NCBI GenBank assembly: GCA_963693365.1
Contig: CAVNZM010000005.1
Coordinates: 6,393,167-6,457,166, forward strand
Reading direction: 5' to 3'
DNA length: 64,000 nucleotides
From: Amoebidium appalachense
Taxonomy: Eukaryota > Protista > Ichthyosporea
The position numbers and the translations under genes were made by a program. How positions within the stretch are numbered: the stretch's first letter is position 1; every line of letters starts with the position of its first letter. Positions 41,866 through 64,000 of this stretch are shown here, one piece after another. Below the pieces are notes generated by a model. The model did no database searches. It saw nothing but the letters and a program-made list of their open reading frames with translations, and was not told where the DNA came from.

Positions 41866-42410
41866 GTTCGAATCGATGTGGGGGATGGGATGATGTGCGA
41901 GAGCAAAATGGAGCAGGGGTTGGTTGAACTACTATACACCCGAAATAAGGCGCAAGGTTGGGTTTAGGAAAAGCAAGTTCTCACGCACTACCACCGAGTC
42001 TAATTTTGTGTCCTGATGGTGCATGGGTGTTTACTGTGGTACAAGCAGTCGTGCCGGACTCAGACTGCCGGCGCAATTTCGCTGGCGCACACAACATCTG
42101 CAGCCTGCAGGAACTTGAAAGGAACACCTTGTAATCCATGACTGGCTCATGCGCTGTTCATTGGGTACAGTTTCCCGCCAAAACAGAGATCCTAAAACAT
42201 GATTGGTCAAACACGCACCTATAATCTATATCATTTTATATGCATTTCTTTTTGTTTACTTCTGCGGAAGTTCTGTCCCTCTCCCCTCCTGGCCCACTGG
42301 GGAATCTGTCTTTTTGAACACTAAACGTTCTCTACTACTATATGTTTGTGTATTTCCGTACAAATTAAACGTAAAATAGCTCTACGATGAGGGGAGAAGA
42401 ATCGACGTCC

Positions 42411-42441
<31 letters not shown>

Positions 42442-42881
42442 TTCCCCCCTCCAATTCTTTCGCTTTTGACTGATCGAGTCCACATGAATCCCGAGTCCAC
42501 AATGAATTCCGAGGTATTGACCCCCCCCTCACCCCCTACCCCCCTCCCTTCCCACCCCCCACCCCCCCGTTCCTGCATGCCTTCCCTTGCCAGTGACCAA
42601 AATACAAAACTAAGCCCTTCTTTCTTCCTTTACCAAGTGCATGTCCGTCTATGCATTCACACATGTGCTTCTTACTTTGTCGAAAGATCCCTTTCATTAC
42701 TTCCGCGTTCCTCCTTCAAGTTGTGCAAATTTTTGTGAAGTCTTCCCTGAATAAAGACCCGGCGTTCAATCCTCACTCTTTCGCTTTCCAACTGACATGA
42801 CTCTTAATCTCCCTCTCTTTCCACTCCTAGAGATCTCCTCTCTCTTTTCTCTCCCTCCCTCTCTCTATCTCTCTCTCCCTC

Positions 42882-43034
<153 letters not shown>

Positions 43035-43769
43035 TCCCCCTCCCCCTCCCTCCCTCTCCCTCTCCCTCTCCCTCTCCCTCTATCTCTCTCTCTCTCTCTC
43101 ATAGTGTCTCTCGCGATGGCCAAACTTCCCTCTCCCCCGACACACACAACATACACACACAACCCCCACACACAAACGCACGCACACGCTAACGGAAAAA
43201 CTCACGCGACACACAGGCGCCCGCACCGCCACACACATACACGCACCCACACAGACACGCACACACATGCACATACCTCCGGCACAAGCGCAGACGGACG
43301 GACACACACACACGCACACACACACATTCCCACTCAATATCTCTCTCTCCCTCCCTCTCTCCCTCCCTCCCCCTCTTCCCCCCACTCCCCTCCCCTCCCT
43401 CCCTCCCTCTCCCTTCCCATATCCTCCTCACTTCCCCTCCCCCCTCCCAGCCTACCTCCCTCCCCTTGTCCCTCGAAGCTTTTTCCCTCCCTCCCTCCCT
43501 CCCTCCCTCCCTCCCTCCCTCCCTCCCTCTGCCCTTCCCCCCCTCCCTCTCCCCTTCCTCCCTCCCTCCCGCTCTCCCGCTGTTGGGCGTCCCATACCCA
43601 ATGGCAACATCAACTGCTATGGATCCACAACAGCCATGACACTGCAGCTGGGCACCCTCTCTAAAACACCACTTGCTATTATCTCAAACTAAAAGGATTG
43701 ATTGATACCCCCAAAACACAGCATGCAACACTGTGCGCTTCTACATAATGTAGAGCCAACGTATACTAT

Positions 43770-43842
43770 GGAAGCTTCCAGAACAGACCCTTCTAGACTT
43801 GGCCCCACCGCCAGCCGCTCCTACATAGAAGTTTCTAGAGAA
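43770..43842. promoter_or_regulatory. Heat-shock-element cluster in the divergent Fpg/CRYZ intergenic region
   Basis: gGAAgcTTCcaGAAc at 43770-43784 (perfect three-unit HSE) and aGAAgtTTCtaGAga at ~43827-43841. TATA-like tatttata at ~44007. Probable CRYZ 5'-UTR intron from ggcag|gtattt (~44073) to tttttacag (45159). Confidence 0.45.
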
Positions 43843-44994
43843 ACCAGTGCAGGCAACAACTTTCGGAAGCATTTTCGTTCAAAGAGCCGAGTTCAAGGTG
43901 GAGTCTCCGGTGGAGAGCCGCGGAGCCTCAGCGGCGGAGGCGTAGCTCACTGCTTTCTGATTCGTTACTCAAGCACGAATCAAAACACAGAACAATCACG
44001 CATGACTATTTATAGCTAACTCGCAGAACGCACTAACCATATATGGAAACAATGTATAACCTAATTTGGCAGGTATTTGCTTTTTGGGCCACAAAAAAAG
44101 CCGCAGCGCTGACGTCAAGTGTTGATCAACAAAACGGCGCCAAAACGAAACGAAAAAAACGAATAAAACCCCCAAGACAAGCCTATGAGAGTACTCTCTC
44201 CCACTCTCAACATGTTTACTTGCAGTGCTGTACGAAGCATTCTGGCTCCCGGCATTGTGGGCGCACGTCAAACATTGGTGCGTGCGTGTGTGCATGCGCG
44301 CGCGTGCGTCTGCTTGTGTGTGGATGCACGGGTGTTCTGGTGTGTGTGGGTACTACACTGGGTAGCTGTGGATGTTGGTGTGTGGAACTGATCTTGCACG
44401 CGCAAATATGTTTGCGTGGTAGTACCTTTGTGTCACGTTGTGTGTATAGGTGCCGAGGGTTCTGGCTTTGTAAGCTTTTATGCTTACGATCGTGCATCCC
44501 CTGTCCAATAGTTCTCCACCGTGATTTTCTAGCCAGAGAAAAGTTATTTGGGACCATGTCTGGTCGTACCAATGGTTCTTTACGTTGAAAAGACCAGGCG
44601 GTGCAGTATAGCTGTAATGCTTCATGCTGCGCAAATTATGATAAGGAGAAGGCAGAGGTTTTTTTTGGTGGTGTGCAGGAATGTAGCCACTCGGCGATCT
44701 GCCAATGGGTGTAAGGGGAAGGTGGGATGGGGGGATGGGTGGGGGAGGTGGGGTGGGAGATGGGGCGGGGAGGACGGGTAGAGGGGGGGGGGGGGGGGGG
44801 GGGAGGGAGAGGGATGAGGAATGGGAAGTGTTTGTTTGTGCCACTTTCCCTGCGGCAATGGTTCTCGGGCATTAACGATTGGATTTCGGGTCGAGACACA
44901 CGGGGTGGGTGGAGAGAAGATCGGTGTGAGAGGAAAAATTTGAGATTCTTATTTTCGATCAGATGTACATGCGACGGAGGGGAGGGGTTGGGAT

Positions 44995-45069
<75 letters not shown>

Positions 45070-45207
45070 GGAGGAGGAGGAGGAAAGGGGAGCGGGTTGG
45101 GGGGGGGGGGGGGGGGAGGGGGCTGAACTCATATTGACTTATTTTTTTTTTTTTTACAGCTTAAAGGTTCAGCATCAGCCAGCGTATCCTATTTTGTTAA
45201 GAGAACC

Positions 45208-50850
<5,643 letters not shown>

Positions 50851-51363
50851 GTGATTGGGCGGTTTAAGTGTGATTCTAATGTTGACTAATGATTCATCAT
50901 CATCACCAACAAGTGTGCGGCCCGCGCATGTTATTCAATCGAGCTTACCTCTCTTTTAATTTTTAAATATTAGAACCCCAGAATAATAATCTGTATTCTG
51001 AAGATTTCTAACGGAGCGATGTGGTTATGCATTGTGCAATAGAACCCCTGTGTTGGCGGGTGTTGGCGGCAATTAGCTTTAACGAAAAGGCTTAAAAGTG
51101 CCTTTAAAAAGCAAAATACAATCCTGAACCCTTTCCTTCCTTGCTCTTTTATGATCGGTGTGCCTGAATTGAATAAAATGATCAAAAAGAATCGACTGTG
51201 TCCGTGTGTTCGTCTCAGTGTGTGGTCAGGGGCAACAGAGATATAAAAGAAAACGGTGTCTTTCCAACCAGGATCATGTGCTTGTGTGTGTGTGCGTGTG
51301 TGTGTGTGTGTGCCTCGCTGTGTCTGTATGTGTGTGTGTCTCTCTCCGCATGCGCGCACACAC

Positions 51364-51399
<36 letters not shown>

Positions 51400-51460
51400 G
51401 TGTGTGTCTCTGTGTGCGCGCGCTCACAGGTGACTTAATCATGTGCCCATGTATGCGACC

Positions 51461-51494
<34 letters not shown>

Positions 51495-51772
51495 CGGGGC
51501 CCCATCACTCTTTCCCTTCCCAGATACCTTTGGAGGTAGCTCTTAATTTTTGAGGGACCAAACCGTCTGGAGAGCGCGCGGCTGATCACGTGGTGACTCT
51601 CTTATCCTTGAAAAATAGACTCAGCCTATATGTATGTCCTAATTTATCATACATAGGCTAGAGGGCACCATCAGTACGTGCCAGTTAATTCCCTCCCCCA
51701 GGTGTTTTCCTAACCAAACCACGACCGCACAACTCACAACACACACAAACACGCCCACCCACACACACACGT

Positions 51773-51816
<44 letters not shown>

Positions 51817-52665
51817 CCTGCCCACCTGACCAATGCCACGTGTACGGGACATAGGCTTCATGACAAATGAACCAGCACATGCCTGCAGCTGCCCCCCCCC
51901 CCTCCCCCCCCCCCCCCCCCCCCCCCCACCCACCCACCCGTGCGCGCGCCAGTGTACACGTGTATGTGTGTGCACGTGTGTGCGTGTGTGTGCCAGCGCA
52001 AGCAGCGCTTACGCACGGGTCTATGTTCGGCCGCCCGAGGCCGCGGGGAAAAGGGGGGGGGGGTCGTACTAAAAATCATGATGTGTTAATCCAAAAGGGA
52101 CCCTTTTGTTACCGAGCACTTTTGTGGATAGAATGTTATGCATGTTAGTCAGCAAAGAGCAGTCTTTACACTTCGATGCGATATATAAAGTGGCATTTTT
52201 TGATACGATTCTACTAACAAAAGTCTTTGGCTAGGTATACATATCCATTTTGGCTACGTTTGCCATCGCTTTTCATTGACCTTTCAAAAAGGTCGCTTTT
52301 GGCCCGAGATACGCCAGGAATCCAGCATTCGAAATGATAGATCATTTGAGATATTTACATCTACAATGCCTTTTAATAAATAAAAAAAACAAGCCTCCTG
52401 TTAGTCCTTCAAAATTATCACGTCCACATATGCACTTTTAGTCTGTGCCTCGCTAGTTGTGTCTCAAACAACAGCAAAAACATTCAGAATCTCTATGAGA
52501 CACATCAATGCTATCACCCATCACTTGAGGACGGGGAAAGAAGCTACAATGGAAAAGCCCCCCTCTTCCCCCCCCCCCCCCAAAAAAAAAAAAAAAGAAA
52601 GAAAAGAAAGAAAGGGAACAAACCCCCACCTCACCCCCCCCCCCCCCCCCCCCCCTCGTTCTTCC

Positions 52666-54131
52666 CTATCTATATAAACCAATTTCAACCTTCGCCCCAG
52701 CCTCCCCCACCCTCTCTATCAACTCCCTCTCTAAATTCAACCAGACCTCCTCTCTGTTGTACAAACACGCTGCCACCAACTCTGACGCATATCCAGAGGA
52801 CAATATATCTCCCTCGCCGAATTTCATTAAAACACTCTTTGAAATCTCAGGGTCCATTCCTTGCACCAATTCCTCCACCATATCGAACCCACTCGACAGG
52901 TCGCGGGTGTCAAGCCCCCCCCATAACCACGTTTGGATACACCAAAATATGCTCCGAAAATGTGACGTAAAAGAGGGCCGGCGCGGTTATCCCGTTCACC
53001 GTAAACTTCCCGACATGGAACGCGCTCACCGATTCCTCGGCTTGAAAAGTTACCACCTTCCCTTTCTGGTCAACTATAAAAGTTAACCCATCCCAAGTGC
53101 ACGCAACGACATCATCGTTCCCATCGCCCGTCAAATCCGCCTTCAGCAGTGCAATCACTTTCCGCCCGACATTAATCTGCCACAGACATTTCCCCATCTT
53201 TCAGAAACGCAACCGTCCCGTCGGACGCGGCGAGCGCGCACAGCGTCTCCGTCTCATCCTTCATCCGTATATCCCCGACTATCTCTGTTGGAAAAATCGG
53301 GTCAATTTTCAGCGGCACTTCCTTGAGGGTTTTCCCGTTCGGGTGTACCGCTATATAAACCCCTCCGGGCTGCCCGACTATCAACGTCGTTTTCCCGTTT
53401 TTATCCACCGCCGTAGATAGCGAACTTATCTGGTCCGGCATGTTGAGGCTTTTTTCCAATTGCAGGAATATCTCTCCCTCCTCGCTCGATGGCGCCACGC
53501 GGAAAATGTGCAACTCCCTATCTGTCCTTCCCAGAACAAACTCATTGCACCCGTCACCATCAATGTCCGCAATAAGCACCGTTGAGACATTGATCGGAAG
53601 CGTTGTTATTACCGCGTTCGGGTTGATCTTTGCTCCTTCCACCATCACCCCACCACTCCTCACCGCCCCACCTGCATCAAACAAACTGGACTGCGAAAAT
53701 TGGTTGAAGTCCGGTCTGTTATCGTTCCCACTAGTACTCAATAGGCTCGTTGCAGACACATTCACATTCATGTTCATGTTAACGGGTTCGCGCGGGGTGT
53801 TAGGTGCGGTGAACCCACTACCAAAGTCAAACACGTAGCATGTGCCTTTTGCGTTCATCACAACAAGGACATTCCTGTCCGCATTCTTCAAATCGCCAAC
53901 CGCTATGCAACTAATCGTTCCCAGGTTGCTACATGACCTCCACGCTTCGCCACTGCTCCCTTTGTAGATGTTCACATCCCCGTTTAGCGTTGCAACGATG
54001 AACTCATGTTCGCCGTCATTGTCAACATCCCCTGTTGCAAGCGCACGGCCGTATACGTTGCCGGTAAAGGGAAGAGCGAACTTGTCCGTGAAGTGGACCT
54101 GTCGTGGCCCGGTTTTCTCTTCCACTGACAT
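52666..54131 (-). CDS. ITFG2: ITFG2 (KICSTOR complex subunit, FG-GAP beta-propeller); intronless, with two apparent +1 frameshifts
   Basis: MSVEEK...ALATGDVDNDGEHEFIV...NLGTISCIAVGDLKN...LIADIDGDGCNEFVLGRTDR...LWQINV...ADLTGDGNDDVVACTWDGLTFIVD...VSAFHVGKF...LFYVTF. The frame changes in sense-strand G-runs at ~53192-53195 and 52915-52922. Confidence 0.9.
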
Positions 54132-54730
54132 GGTTTTTGTGGGTGCGTGTGCTGGTGTGTGGGTGTGTGTGTGTGTGCTGGTGTGTGGGTGTAGTGTGTG
54201 TGTGTGTGAGGGGGGGGTGTAGGTGTGTGTGTGCGTGTGTGGGTGTGTGTGCATGTGTGCGTGTGTGTTTTTTTGTGCCTTTGTGCGTGTGCGCCACACA
54301 GGCAGGTGTCTGTGTAATATTCTTGTTTGGAAAATAACACTAATTAAACCACGAACGCAGGAAATTACTTCATACTCTTATGCGCTGGCGGCGCTGGGAT
54401 GGGTCAGTGCGCCTGTGGGGTCATTGGGCGGAGAGTGGCAGCCTGGGGAGTGGAGTGAGAGAGAGAGCCCCAGGGTAGCAGCCTTTTTGGACGCAAACCT
54501 AGCATCAAGAAAAAGTACATTTTCAAAAAGAAACCCCATTTTTTCAATGTAAAATTTCACTTTAACCCTCCTTTTCCCACTCCAAGTCAATGCATTTAGG
54601 CTGGAGTGTTTGCGCAATCATTTGGCTCACTCCTGGGTGCACATACGTCAGGCACAAGCCTTCACTGAGGACGAAGAAAGTTCTCTCTCGCGGCCACCCA
54701 GCTAGACAATTCTTTTCACTTCCAAAGGCG

Positions 54731-63154
<8,424 letters not shown>

Positions 63155-63260
63155 TCAGTTTGTAAATTGATTATGGGTTTCTGCGATTTGAAATATCAAT
63201 TTCGGTGGGGTGCTGATACGAACAGTGTATGTAAACCTCGAGTTTGGTTGTTATTCCACC

Positions 63261-63445
<185 letters not shown>

Positions 63446-63648
63446 GTGGCTTTTTTGCTTTATTTGATGGCAGTGGTTGTTTTGTGTTTGTGAATGTGCT
63501 GACCCTGAAACACAACGGATGCTACAGTTTCATTGTTTTCCCAGGCCTCCCTTTTTTTATCACTGTATTTTCCCTGTCGAGTAGGAATATCGAGCTATGT
63601 TCATGTACAAAGTGTTTTTTTCTTGTGTTTTTATTCCATACCTATGCC

Positions 63649-63685
<37 letters not shown>

Positions 63686-63914
63686 GTAAATGATTTCATT
63701 GACATGTGTGTAGTTAAAAAACACTCGAACCACAGCTGAATAGCCTGTAATTTGCTGTAACAGTTCCACTACAATAAATTTCAAGTGCCGGTCCTGGACC
63801 CGCTACGCTCATGATATTTGTGATGGAATTTACCATATATATATATGTTTACAAGGCATGTACGATGACTGTTTTAAATGGCTAACTGCCGCACACCCAC
63901 ATGCACGTGATGTT

Positions 63915-63995
<81 letters not shown>

Positions 63996-64000
63996 TCCTC

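Noticed and set aside
51624-51660. Hairpin agcctatatgtatg/catacataggct between convergent CRYZ and ITFG2
   Set aside because: It is short, AT-rich, single copy and has no other support.

Overview
Eukaryotic, intron-rich genomic DNA whose introns are saturated with poly-C/poly-G, (CA)n/(GT)n and (CT)n tracts. Most ORFs in the supplied track are microsatellite artefacts. Gene content suggests a unicellular holozoan such as an ichthyosporean (inference). By hand I assembled six conserved genes: the 3' half of a G-alpha i/o subunit (+), ZZZ3 (+), a zinc-less Fpg/MutM glycosylase (-), zeta-crystallin/quinone oxidoreductase CRYZ (+), an intronless ITFG2 with two frameshifts (-) and omega-amidase NIT2 (+). 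There is also an orphan 192-aa ORF nested in or just ahead of ZZZ3. Mobile DNA comprises a 3.2-kb decayed pogo transposon, a piggyBac-like MITE, two smaller inverted-repeat elements, a 5'-truncated Penelope-like reverse transcriptase of apparent Naiad/Chlamys type, and a family of non-coding, structured, poly-C-ended repeats. The most interesting signals are linked. (1) A candidate microsatellite splicing code: poly-C directly after weak donors and (CA)n in place of the polypyrimidine tract at acceptors. (2) A telomerase-related retroelement system that sits in those sense-strand poly-C tracts and carries a pseudoknot-like RNA structure. (3) Recurrent tandem duplication of splice junctions. 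All exon coordinates and counts were made by eye and need RNA-seq confirmation.
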